Of a DNA stretch of 64,000 nt, positions 40,366-49,571 are shown piece after piece. The stretch lies in IMG/VR virus record IMGVR_UViG_3300035663_000008; one strand, 5' to 3'. This DNA is from an uncultured virus (IMG/VR IMGVR_UViG_3300035663_000008) (taxonomy: Duplodnaviria > Heunggongvirae > Uroviricota > Caudoviricetes). Below the pieces are notes generated by a model. That model was not told the origin of the DNA. It saw only the letters and a list, made by a program, of their open reading frames with translations, and made no database searches. The position numbers were made by a program, and so were the translations under genes. The stretch's first letter is position 1. Every line of letters begins with the position of its first letter.

Positions 40366-41539
40366 AAACGAGATTGATTCGGACAAGTATTTTGTTGTTA
40401 CTTACAAATTGGAGTCGGACAAGAACCTCCGTGATGCTGCGTGGAACATTGCAATCGGGCAGAGCGTAGGCAATCCAAATGTCAGAAATCGTTGGGAGAC
40501 AGAGGATTTGTTCAAGAATCACTCTTGTCTGATACTCGCTGACGAGACTGAACTACAGAACAAGACATCAGGAGAAGTCAAGATAGCGTTCCCTGTGATC
40601 AATACTGATTGGGAAACAGATGGAATCAGCCATCTGCTCTGCCAGATCATGGGCGGTCATGTTGATATTGACTTGGTGAGGAAGTGCCGCATAGTCAAGT
40701 TGGATCTTCCGCAAAGTGTCACCAAGCACTTTGCTGGACCAAAGTTTGGCATCAGCGGTATGAGGAAGTTCACGGGTCAATACGAAAAGCCACTGCTTGG
40801 CGCGATCATCAAGCCCAAGATTGGTATCACTCCCGAAACCCTGTTGGACATGGTTAAGGAACTCGTTGATGGCGGCGTTGATTTCATCAAGGAAGACGAG
40901 ATCATGTCCAATCCGTCTTTCTGTCCACTAGACAAGCGCGTGGACATGATTTCAAACTACCTGCGCTCACAGTCTCGGAATGTAGTATTCTGTCATACCA
41001 TCAACTGCGATCCGCACATTCTCGCGGATCGTGTCCGTAGAATCCATTCGCTTGGCGGAAACGGTGTACACATCAATGTGTGGAGCGGATACGGTGCGTA
41101 CAACAGCATCAGGAAACTAGACCTTCCGATCTACCTGCATTTCCAAAGCAGCGGTGCAAAGGTTGTGACAAGCGTAAACAATCAGTTCAGCATCAGTTGG
41201 TCTGTGATTTGTCAGTTGGCTACTCTCATGGGTGTAGACACCATTCAAACAGGAATGGTCGGTGGCTACAGCAATGACGATACAGATGAGATACTTGAAT
41301 GCATTCGCGTTCTTCGTGCAGGAAATACGGTTCCTGCTTTGAGTTGCGGTCTTCACCCTGGTCTTGTTGACAAGATCACTTCACTGGTTGGCAACGATTA
41401 CCTTGGAAATGCTGGTGGTGCTATTCACGGACACCCAAGCGGAACCCTTGCTGGTGCCAAGGCAATGCGTCAGGCTGTTAATAATGTATACGGAACAGAG
41501 TACACACAAGCAATTGAAAGATGGGGAAAAATTTTGTGA
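40346..41539 (+). CDS. RuBisCO-like protein (form IV RLP)
   Basis: GPKFGISG, GAIIKPKIG, GGVDFIKEDE, PALSCGLHPG, AGGAIHGHPSGTLAGAKAMRQA; lacks the loop-6 Lys and HR motif of true RuBisCO. Confidence 0.93.
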   Translation: MQLFVNENEIDSDKYFVVTYKLESDKNLRDAAWNIAIGQSVGNPNVRNRWETEDLFKNHSCLILADETELQNKTSGEVKIAFPVINTDWETDGISHLLCQIMGGHVDIDLVRKCRIVKLDLPQSVTKHFAGPKFGISGMRKFTGQYEKPLLGAIIKPKIGITPETLLDMVKELVDGGVDFIKEDEIMSNPSFCPLDKRVDMISNYLRSQSRNVVFCHTINCDPHILADRVRRIHSLGGNGVHINVWSGYGAYNSIRKLDLPIYLHFQSSGAKVVTSVNNQFSISWSVICQLATLMGVDTIQTGMVGGYSNDDTDEILECIRVLRAGNTVPALSCGLHPGLVDKITSLVGNDYLGNAGGAIHGHPSGTLAGAKAMRQAVNNVYGTEYTQAIERWGKIL

Positions 41540-42465
41540 AGGTCTTGTACATCAATAAGGGTTGGGATACAGACTATCAGGCATCATCCGTGATGCATGG
41601 ATTGAGAACTCTTCTTGGAAAAGACCTAGTAGATTTTCCAAAAATGGAAAATATGTACAAGTCTTCGTTGCCTTCTACCCATCACCAAGAATTGCAATTA
41701 CGGTCAACCATGTATGGTCGTGGCTTTGGATATCCTTTTACACTTGATGATGATGATATAGACAGAACCGAAATAGTAAAAAAAATCAAAGACAGATATT
41801 TTGATGTTATCTTATTCGGTCCTTGCAACAACTCATTGTTGATTGGTGATTGGAACCTTAGCGTATTTAATGTAGCCGCAGAGTGCGGAAACAGAGTGTG
41901 TTTGATTGATGGGGATGATTTAGATGCAGGCACTCACGAAATAATTCATCACCATCTGTTACAGGTAGTTTCTAAAACTAATGGAGTGTATTTCAAACGA
42001 GAACTACAATCTTGTACAACAAAACATTTAGCACCAATATCGTTTTCGTTTCCTGTAGAAAAAGCCACGCTCACTCAACCGACCAAGAGCAATGTGTTTG
42101 CTATGGAATCCTCTATAAATGTCGGATACAAATTTGAAAAAGAGGATGACTATTATTCAGAATACAGGAAATCTTATTTTGGAAAAACAGGCAAGCGAGG
42201 TGGATGGGATTGTCTTCGTCACTACGAAATACTATTCAATAGAGCAATTCCATATTTTGAAAACCTAGATCAACTACCCACAAATACCATGTTTAGATTT
42301 CCTAGACAGTTGGTCAAAGACGGAATGCGTTGTCTCAATTCTGATGGGACGGTAGATTCTAGTTGTTATTTTGATGTAGAAGCCCAACTGTTCCGATACA
42401 GCATGGAAAACCTTACTACGATTTCAATGGCTCGGTATATGATTAATAGGATTTTTGGAGAATAA
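41536..42465 (+). CDS. Putative glycosyltransferase (GT-B/CgeB-like), paralog A
   Basis: DYQASSVMHGL, IDGDD, YFKREL, SYFGKTGKRGGWDCLRHYEI; GTGA overlap with RLP stop. Confidence 0.6.
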   Translation: MKVLYINKGWDTDYQASSVMHGLRTLLGKDLVDFPKMENMYKSSLPSTHHQELQLRSTMYGRGFGYPFTLDDDDIDRTEIVKKIKDRYFDVILFGPCNNSLLIGDWNLSVFNVAAECGNRVCLIDGDDLDAGTHEIIHHHLLQVVSKTNGVYFKRELQSCTTKHLAPISFSFPVEKATLTQPTKSNVFAMESSINVGYKFEKEDDYYSEYRKSYFGKTGKRGGWDCLRHYEILFNRAIPYFENLDQLPTNTMFRFPRQLVKDGMRCLNSDGTVDSSCYFDVEAQLFRYSMENLTTISMARYMINRIFGE

Positions 42466-42466
42466 T

Positions 42467-43465
42467 ATGCTGAAAATATTGTTTGCTACGGCAATAGGCG
42501 ATGCTAAATCATATGATTATTTAACAGATGGTATTCTTCATGGACTGAAAACCAGACCAGATCAGTTTGAAGTGTATGAGTGTTTTGCCATGAAGCACTT
42601 GTATAAAAAGTATCCAAACGAAGATGTTCATGCTTTGTTTGGTAGAAAAAATCTTGATGGAGAACCAAACGAATTGGTTTTGACCGACTGCATTAAAATG
42701 ATCTCTGACAAATTTTTTGATGTGATCATTTTTGACTGGAGAACATCTAGTCCTTTTTGGCATAGAAACGGGCATTGTCCGTATTTTACCGAAACTATGG
42801 CTATTAGGAATGCCGCTTTCGCTTCCTATCCCGCAGACAAAATTGTATTTTTAGATAGCAGTGATGATAACATCGGAAAATATGATATGTTTGTGGAAGA
42901 GTTTCTAGGAAGATCAACATACTTCAAGAGAGAACTCTACATTGATGATCCATATTTTCATCCAATAGACATACCATTTGCTGCTGAAAAGGGAAGTCCT
43001 CTTGTCCTCTCCGATTGCAAAGAAAAGTTCCTAGCCCGTGTCATACCCGAGAAAAAAGAGACATATGTGTTCAAAGATGAGTCATCGTACTACGGTGATT
43101 ATGCAAAATCATATTTTGGTGCTACATGGAAGAAAATAGGATGGGGATGCTATCGTCATTCTGAGATAGTTTTTTCTTCTTGCGTTCCAGTGTTTCCAGA
43201 TATAAAGGAATGCCCCAGAAGAACTCTAACATTCTTTCCGAAGCAGATGTTTGAAGAAGTGCTTGATCGTGGGATATTGAACCAAGGTACTTTTAGGATA
43301 CAAAAATACTGGGATCAATATGCATACGAAGATTTTGCAATCAATGAATCCAATGTTGATGTGTCGTGGTATGATGATATACTCACACGGATATACCATC
43401 ATGCCCACAAACATCTAACAACCACTGCGATGGCAGACTATGTTTTGTCAAAACTGAACACATAA
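42467..43465 (+). CDS. Putative glycosyltransferase (GT-B/CgeB-like), paralog B
   Basis: DYLTDGILHGL, LDSSD, YFKREL, SYFGATWKKIGWGCYRHSEI. Confidence 0.6.
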   Translation: MLKILFATAIGDAKSYDYLTDGILHGLKTRPDQFEVYECFAMKHLYKKYPNEDVHALFGRKNLDGEPNELVLTDCIKMISDKFFDVIIFDWRTSSPFWHRNGHCPYFTETMAIRNAAFASYPADKIVFLDSSDDNIGKYDMFVEEFLGRSTYFKRELYIDDPYFHPIDIPFAAEKGSPLVLSDCKEKFLARVIPEKKETYVFKDESSYYGDYAKSYFGATWKKIGWGCYRHSEIVFSSCVPVFPDIKECPRRTLTFFPKQMFEEVLDRGILNQGTFRIQKYWDQYAYEDFAINESNVDVSWYDDILTRIYHHAHKHLTTTAMADYVLSKLNT

Positions 43466-43479
43466 ACGGACAGAATATT

Positions 43480-44064
43480 ATGAAAATAGTACAGATAGGT
43501 GCGTGTAGGGGGAATGATGATCTGACACCGATCATCAGTAGTAATGAAATTGAAAAACTCATAATAGTAGAACCTATGTGTGTTCACAATGAAGCATTGG
43601 AACTATGCTACGCTTCTATCAAAAACAAGACTATAGAAAATGTAGCGATATCCTGCACAAACGATGCACACATTGATTTTTACTATCATCCAGATGACGG
43701 TCCTGGATACGAAGTATCATCAACCGATATCAATCACATCATAAAACACAGACATCTACAACCAGATAGAATAATCAAACTACGAGTTCCATCAATCGGA
43801 ATAAATGATCTGCTGAAAAAGCACGGCATGAACGAATTGGACATACTGTTTATAGACGCTGAAGGACTAGACGACCAACTAATCCGATCAATAGATTTTT
43901 CCGTATTCAAGATACACAACATATTCTACGAAAACCTACACCTGAAATCAGATGTGAATCGGTATTTGCGAGACTTGGGATATGTTGTCTATGAAAACAT
44001 CGGTTCTAACGGGTGGATGAATTTGGCGGTTATGAACCCAGATCAGATAAACTCACTGTCATAA
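43480..44064 (+). CDS. FkbM-family methyltransferase
   Basis: VQIGACRG, IVEP, ENVAI, LFIDAEGLD, IFYE. Confidence 0.82.
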   Translation: MKIVQIGACRGNDDLTPIISSNEIEKLIIVEPMCVHNEALELCYASIKNKTIENVAISCTNDAHIDFYYHPDDGPGYEVSSTDINHIIKHRHLQPDRIIKLRVPSIGINDLLKKHGMNELDILFIDAEGLDDQLIRSIDFSVFKIHNIFYENLHLKSDVNRYLRDLGYVVYENIGSNGWMNLAVMNPDQINSLS

Positions 44065-44073
44065 AGGACTATC

Positions 44074-44994
44074 ATGGAAACCAAGGACTTTCTATTCTTT
44101 AACTATTCGTGGGTTCCTAACTCAACATTCTACTTTGAGTCCTTTGCAAAGAAAGGACACTCTGTTGACATAGTTACGGAACATACCCTACATTCATTTG
44201 TGCCAAAGCATAAGTACAAGAATGTGGTTCTGTATCTGCATGAGCCGTGGAGTCTTCCAATAACAGACCATCTCATAAACACATATTTTAGCGATGCTGT
44301 GTTGATTCAGCATGACGATACCGATTTTGAGGATGTACAGTATTGGAGTACTAGGGTTCCTGATTTGGTCATGCAGAGAGAATATACTGACAATACAAAA
44401 AATCCCCGTGGCTCTGCTATGGGTGCTTTTCATTTTCCGATCAATTCTTGGCACGATCCTGCCATAACCGAGAAGCCCTATGACCTATGTTTCTTGGCAA
44501 ACATGACACACCCAAGACGAGTGCTGTTTTCTAAAAAGATGATGGAGTTGATGAACGGCAGACTGAATCACTTGGTTTGGAAAGTGAACATAGAGCCTCA
44601 TGTGAACACCCCTTCACAGTTTTATAACAAGAATGCTTTTGTTGAACAGAAGGAGGACACAAAGACCATCGTGAACAAGACCAAAATTGGACTCAACGAT
44701 TTTGGAAACTCATACGAGCAGTGGAGAACATGGGAATACGCCAGTGCAGGAACTGCCATACTCATGCCAAAGATGAAGACCAAATGTGTGTCCGAAGGAT
44801 TCATGCCCTTTAATGAGTACATGATATTCCGTGATGATTACTCTGATATGGAAGAGAAGATTCTTTTCCTCTTGGAGAATAATCGGTATTTAGAGTACGG
44901 TCGCATGGCTAAAGAAGCATATGACACCCGACACAATCCCGAAAAGTGTTTTGAGTTTTACTACAATCAAGTAATGCAGTACGCTAAACAGTAA
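44074..44994 (+). CDS. Putative glycosyltransferase (GT-B/CgeB-like)
   Basis: KPYDLCFLAN, KIGLN..G, RTWEYASAG, EEKILFLL. Confidence 0.65.
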   Translation: METKDFLFFNYSWVPNSTFYFESFAKKGHSVDIVTEHTLHSFVPKHKYKNVVLYLHEPWSLPITDHLINTYFSDAVLIQHDDTDFEDVQYWSTRVPDLVMQREYTDNTKNPRGSAMGAFHFPINSWHDPAITEKPYDLCFLANMTHPRRVLFSKKMMELMNGRLNHLVWKVNIEPHVNTPSQFYNKNAFVEQKEDTKTIVNKTKIGLNDFGNSYEQWRTWEYASAGTAILMPKMKTKCVSEGFMPFNEYMIFRDDYSDMEEKILFLLENNRYLEYGRMAKEAYDTRHNPEKCFEFYYNQVMQYAKQ

Positions 44995-45020
44995 TCTTGT
45001 ATTGCTTGGAGATTTATACC

Positions 45021-45860
45021 ATGAGTAATTCAAAAAACACTATACTGATCCGAGGATCCCTAGCATACGAAAAGTATCCCAATTCCTTTGTCCATGATAC
45101 AATTCCTACCATCAGAGAGTGGTTTACTGGTCAATTGGTTGTCAGCACTTGGAAAGGACAAGAACAGCATCTGCGTGGATTGGAAGGCATGATTGATGAT
45201 GTTGTGTTAAGCGATGATCCTGGTTTTGGATGCATACAGTCTTACGATAGGCAACTGATCTCGTATAAAGCAGGAATGGAGCGTTGTTCGGGAGATTTAG
45301 TGTTTGTTGCCAGAGCAGACTTCTGTTTGAAGAAGAATCCCTTTCACCTGTGGGAAAAGGTTCCTGCAAGACGGGGAAACGATATGAAGGTTTTTGAAAA
45401 CCGAATAGTCATAGGAAACATGATGACTATTTCCCCCAATAAAGCAGAACCCAAAATTTCTAACTTCAGACCATCTGACTGGATACAGATGGGAACAAAA
45501 TCTGACCTGCTGAAGTGGTCAGGAGTACTACAGAAATCGCATGAATTACATTCTGCTGCAACAGGTCTTACTGATTTGTCTACAACGGAATATAAGAGTG
45601 AGGCATACGGAAGCGAGCAACTGTGGTTGATCAGTCTTCTGAACAAATATGTGAGTGAAGACATAACACTCACCAATTACTGGTCCTGTGATCCTTATCT
45701 TGTGTGGTGCGCCTTGATTAACAACTTTGCAGTATTTAATACAAGGTCCACCATCGGTGCGTACAATTTGAATTGGGATTTTCAGCCAGAGTTCCATCCT
45801 TGGTACATGACGGAACAAGAGTATTTTCAGATTAACGAACAACTGAACGGATCAAGATGA
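45021..45860 (+). CDS. WavE-like LPS/glycan synthesis protein
   Basis: ILIRG, LVVSTW, SDDPG, RQLIS..AG, RAD, SDWIQMGTKSDL, EQLW. Confidence 0.7.
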   Translation: MSNSKNTILIRGSLAYEKYPNSFVHDTIPTIREWFTGQLVVSTWKGQEQHLRGLEGMIDDVVLSDDPGFGCIQSYDRQLISYKAGMERCSGDLVFVARADFCLKKNPFHLWEKVPARRGNDMKVFENRIVIGNMMTISPNKAEPKISNFRPSDWIQMGTKSDLLKWSGVLQKSHELHSAATGLTDLSTTEYKSEAYGSEQLWLISLLNKYVSEDITLTNYWSCDPYLVWCALINNFAVFNTRSTIGAYNLNWDFQPEFHPWYMTEQEYFQINEQLNGSR

Positions 45861-46318
45861 AATACATTTCTCATAGAGGAAATCTAACTGGAAGAAATCC
45901 CGATAGAGAAAACAGTCCGACTTACATAGAGGAAGCAATTTCTGCTGGATATGATGTTGAGATTGATGTGTGGTACATTGATGGAGAGTTTTATCTGGGT
46001 CACGATGAACCACGGTATGGGGTGTGTTTGGACTGGTTGTTGAAACATCCACTGTGGTGTCATGCAAAAAATTTGGATGCATTGGAACGCATGACTTCTT
46101 CTGGAGTGCATTGTTTTTGGCACGAAAATGACCGCTTTACCCTAACATCAAAATCCATACCTTGGTGTTTCCCCAACAATTGGTCTTCCAAAGGAATCAC
46201 CGTTGTTTTTGATGCCCCGTGTTCCGAAATTTTAAGTAAGAGTGTATTGGGTATATGCACAGATGATCCTGTTTCGTGGAAGAAGTTTAACGACACAAAA
46301 AACAATTTGGAAATTTGA
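45857..46318 (+). CDS. Short glycerophosphodiester phosphodiesterase/PLC-like protein
   Basis: ISHRGN, ENSP, GYDVEIDVW, LGHD, WCHAKN, FWHEND, GICTD. Confidence 0.75.
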   Translation: MKYISHRGNLTGRNPDRENSPTYIEEAISAGYDVEIDVWYIDGEFYLGHDEPRYGVCLDWLLKHPLWCHAKNLDALERMTSSGVHCFWHENDRFTLTSKSIPWCFPNNWSSKGITVVFDAPCSEILSKSVLGICTDDPVSWKKFNDTKNNLEI

Positions 46319-46320
46319 TT

Positions 46321-47412
46321 ATGTACGACTATCTGATTGTTGGTTCTGGTCTGTTTGGCGCGATATTCGCACGGCAGATGACCGATGCGGGTGCGCGGTG
46401 TCTTGTCGTGGACAAGCGCAGCCACATTGGAGGAAACTGCTACACCCGAGATGTGGGCGGAATTCATGTCCACGAATACGGTCCACACATTTTCCACACA
46501 AGCAGTGACCGCGTGTGGGAATACATGAACAGGTGGACGCGGTTCAATCACTTTGTGTATCGCCCCCGTGCGATACACGGCGATAACCTGTACTCATTCC
46601 CCATCAATATGTTTACCCTGTATCAGTTGTGGGGCGTGAAGACTCCGCATGAGGCACAGGAAAAATTGGCTCAAGTGCGGATTGCGATACCTTCTCCGTC
46701 CAACCTAGAGGAGTGGGTGCTGTCTCAAGTGGGCGAAGAGATTTACGAGAAGTTCGTGAAGGGCTACACCACGAAGCAGTGGAACCGCGATCCCAAGGAT
46801 CTGCCTGCATCCATCATAAAGCGGCTTCCAATTCGGCTCACCTACGATGACAACTACTTTGAAGACAAATATCAGGGCATCCCTGTTGACGGATACACCC
46901 CAATCTTTGAAAAACTCTTGAGCGGTATCCCCCTTGAGACAGGAGTTGATTTTCTGAAAGATCGTGAGCGTCTGGAAGGCATGGCTCGAAAGGTTGTTTA
47001 CACGGGAGCAATAGACGAATTCTTTGGTTCCGATCTTGGCAGTCTTGAGTGGAGAAGTCTGCGGTTTGAACACCAGACGCTACAGATTCCCGACTATCAG
47101 GGAGTCGCAGCAGTAAACTATACTGATGCGAAAATTCCGTATACCCGTGTGGTGGAACACAAGCACTTCACTTTTGGGAAACAGGATCATACTGTTGTCA
47201 CCCGCGAGTATCCGCAGAATTGGGATAGCACAAAAGAGAAGTTCTATCCTGTTGTAGACGATAGAAATAACGAACTGTATATTCAGTACAAGAACAGAAT
47301 AGACACTGACAGATACATATTCGGTGGTCGTTTGGCAGACTACAAGTATTACGATATGCACCAAGTGGTGGGGTCTGCCCTGACACGCAGCGAAAAGGAA
47401 ATTAAGCGATGA
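46321..47412 (+). CDS. glf: UDP-galactopyranose mutase
   Basis: IVGSGLFG, HIGGNCY, YGPHIFHT, YTTKQW, YQGIP, GRLADYKYYDMHQ. Confidence 0.95.
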   Translation: MYDYLIVGSGLFGAIFARQMTDAGARCLVVDKRSHIGGNCYTRDVGGIHVHEYGPHIFHTSSDRVWEYMNRWTRFNHFVYRPRAIHGDNLYSFPINMFTLYQLWGVKTPHEAQEKLAQVRIAIPSPSNLEEWVLSQVGEEIYEKFVKGYTTKQWNRDPKDLPASIIKRLPIRLTYDDNYFEDKYQGIPVDGYTPIFEKLLSGIPLETGVDFLKDRERLEGMARKVVYTGAIDEFFGSDLGSLEWRSLRFEHQTLQIPDYQGVAAVNYTDAKIPYTRVVEHKHFTFGKQDHTVVTREYPQNWDSTKEKFYPVVDDRNNELYIQYKNRIDTDRYIFGGRLADYKYYDMHQVVGSALTRSEKEIKR

Positions 47413-48350
47413 AAGCACTAGTAACAGGTGGAGCGGGTTTCATTGGATCAAATCTCGTGGACAGATTGATTGCGGATGGTCACGAAGTCACAGTGATCGA
47501 CAATGAATCTTCTGATGCACATGATCAGTTCTATTGGAATCCTGCTGCCAAGAACTACAAGTACGACATCAATGATTACACAATGGTTCGTAAACTGTAT
47601 GAAGGTGTGGACACCGTTTTCCACCTTGCTGCGGAAGCCCGTATTCAGCCGTGCATTGTTGATCCGCTAAAGGCTGTGGAAGCCAATATGCTTGGCACAG
47701 CCAGCGTGTTGCAGTGCGCTCGGGTCTGTGGTGTGAAGCGTGTGATCTATTCTTCCACCTCGTCTGCATACGGACTGAAGAATACTCCACCGCTTGTTGA
47801 AACCATGCCCAACGATTGCCTGAATCCGTATTCCGTGTCCAAGACAGGCGGTGAAGAGTTGTGCAAGATGTACTCTAAACTGTACGGCTTGGAGACAATC
47901 ATCTTTCGCTACTTCAATGTCTACGGAGAGCGTCAGCCACTGCGAGGGCAGTACGCTCCAGTGATTGGCATCTTCCTGCGTCAACGAGCCGCAGGAGAAC
48001 CCATGACGATTGTGGGTGATGGAGAACAGCGGCGGGACTTCACCTATGTTGGTGATGTAGTGGAAGCCAACATCAAGGCATCATATTTTGTTGCTCCTGA
48101 ATATGATATAATCGACAATGGTTCCTGTAAGACTTATCGGGGTTGGAATTGGGGTCAGATTTACAACATTGGCACAGGAACCAACCATTCCGTGAATCAG
48201 ATTGCTGCACTCATGGGTGGTGAGACTGTAAATATTCCTCCCCGCGCAGGAGAATCCCGAATTACTCTAGCAAATGCAACCAAGGCAAAAAATCAACTTG
48301 GGTGGACTCCGAAAGTTCGTCTTGAAGACTGGATTACCGAGCATAAATAA
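47409..48350 (+). CDS. NAD-dependent nucleotide-sugar epimerase (GalE-like)
   Basis: TGGAGFIGS, HLAA, YSVSK, RYFNVYG, GDGEQRRDFTYVGDV. Confidence 0.92.
   Translation: MKALVTGGAGFIGSNLVDRLIADGHEVTVIDNESSDAHDQFYWNPAAKNYKYDINDYTMVRKLYEGVDTVFHLAAEARIQPCIVDPLKAVEANMLGTASVLQCARVCGVKRVIYSSTSSAYGLKNTPPLVETMPNDCLNPYSVSKTGGEELCKMYSKLYGLETIIFRYFNVYGERQPLRGQYAPVIGIFLRQRAAGEPMTIVGDGEQRRDFTYVGDVVEANIKASYFVAPEYDIIDNGSCKTYRGWNWGQIYNIGTGTNHSVNQIAALMGGETVNIPPRAGESRITLANATKAKNQLGWTPKVRLEDWITEHK
48343..48349 (+). promoter_or_regulatory. Possible late promoter (C)ATAAATA
   Basis: 23 nt before the GT2-TPR gene. Confidence 0.45.
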
Positions 48351-48372
48351 CCGTACAAGGAGATCGTGAACA

Positions 48373-49569
48373 ATGTCTACAGTATGCCTCTCTATGATCG
48401 TCAAGAACGAAACCAAGATTCTGCATGAGTGCTTGGACTCGGTTCATCCCCACATTGACTACTGGGTGATCGTGGACACAGGCTCCACAGACGGAACTCA
48501 GGAGTACATCAAGCAGTACTTTGCCGAAAAAGGTATTCCAGGCGAACTCATTGAGCGTCCGTGGATCAACTTTGGACACAATCGCTCCGAGGCACTTGAC
48601 CTCTGCACAGGCAAGGCAGACTACGCTTGGATGATTGATGCCGATGACCGGGTGGTCGGAGGATTCAAGTATCCCTACGGCAAGAACCTCACCGCTGACG
48701 CTTATGCCATCAAGTGCGGACGCGACCAGTGCGTTTGGTGGCGCAACCAAATCTTCAAGACAGGCATCGGTTGGAAGTATGTGGGCGTACTGCACGAATA
48801 CGCCCACTGCGAAAAGCAGCCGCTCCATCAGGAGAAGATTGAGGGCGAGTACTATCTTGAGGCGCGTACACTTGGACAGGAGCGCAACGGCGGGGTCACT
48901 CCCGTTGAGAAGTACTCCAAGGATGCTGAACTCCTATTGGAAGCCCTCAAGACAGAGCCAAACAATTCACGGTATCAGTTCTATCTTGCACAGTCATACT
49001 TTGACTCGCAGCAGTGGGACAAGGCGATTGAGGCGTACTACAAGCGGGTGGAGATGGGTGGATGGGAAGAGGAGTGCTACTACTCGCTGTTCCGCATCGC
49101 GCTATGCGAAATCTCCAAAGAGTCGCCGTGGACAACCGTGCAGCAGAAGTTCCTTGATGCCTACGACTACCGCCCATGCCGCGCCGAACCACTCCACGCC
49201 ATAGCGCGGTTCCTCCGCATGAACAGTCGCCCCCGAGCCGCCTACCTGTTTGCGAAGGAAGCCGCACAGATTCCGTTCCCGCAGCAGGACATTCTGTTCA
49301 TTGACACCAATGTGTACAAGTGGATGGCACTGGACGAACTGGCTGCCACCGCGTTCTATGTGCATGACTACAACACGGGTCTACAGGCTTGCGAGGTGTT
49401 GCTGAAGCAGAACCGCCTTCCCGAGAGCGAGGTTGAGCGCAATCAAAAGAATCACGCGGCATATTTGGAAAAGGTGCAGCAGATTGGGCGTATGCAGCCA
49501 CAGCAGGCTCCTGTTCCGCAGACTGTTCCCGCCATAAATAAGACGAGAACCTTCAAGCGGAGAAAGTAA
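48373..49569 (+). CDS. GT2 glycosyltransferase with C-terminal TPR-like repeats
   Basis: LSMIVKNE, VDTGSTDGT, IDADD, GVLHE; helical RYQFYLAQSY and RAEPL repeats. Confidence 0.88.
   Translation: MSTVCLSMIVKNETKILHECLDSVHPHIDYWVIVDTGSTDGTQEYIKQYFAEKGIPGELIERPWINFGHNRSEALDLCTGKADYAWMIDADDRVVGGFKYPYGKNLTADAYAIKCGRDQCVWWRNQIFKTGIGWKYVGVLHEYAHCEKQPLHQEKIEGEYYLEARTLGQERNGGVTPVEKYSKDAELLLEALKTEPNNSRYQFYLAQSYFDSQQWDKAIEAYYKRVEMGGWEEECYYSLFRIALCEISKESPWTTVQQKFLDAYDYRPCRAEPLHAIARFLRMNSRPRAAYLFAKEAAQIPFPQQDILFIDTNVYKWMALDELAATAFYVHDYNTGLQACEVLLKQNRLPESEVERNQKNHAAYLEKVQQIGRMQPQQAPVPQTVPAINKTRTFKRRK
49534..49540 (+). promoter_or_regulatory. Possible late promoter (C)ATAAATA
   Basis: 31 nt before the basic peptide ORF. 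Confidence 0.45.
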
Positions 49570-49571
49570 CA

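Noticed and set aside
40346..41539. True RuBisCO (rbcL) and phage CO2 fixation
   Set aside because: About 397 aa, loop-6 Lys and other carboxylase residues are replaced, and no rbcS or prk is present in the window
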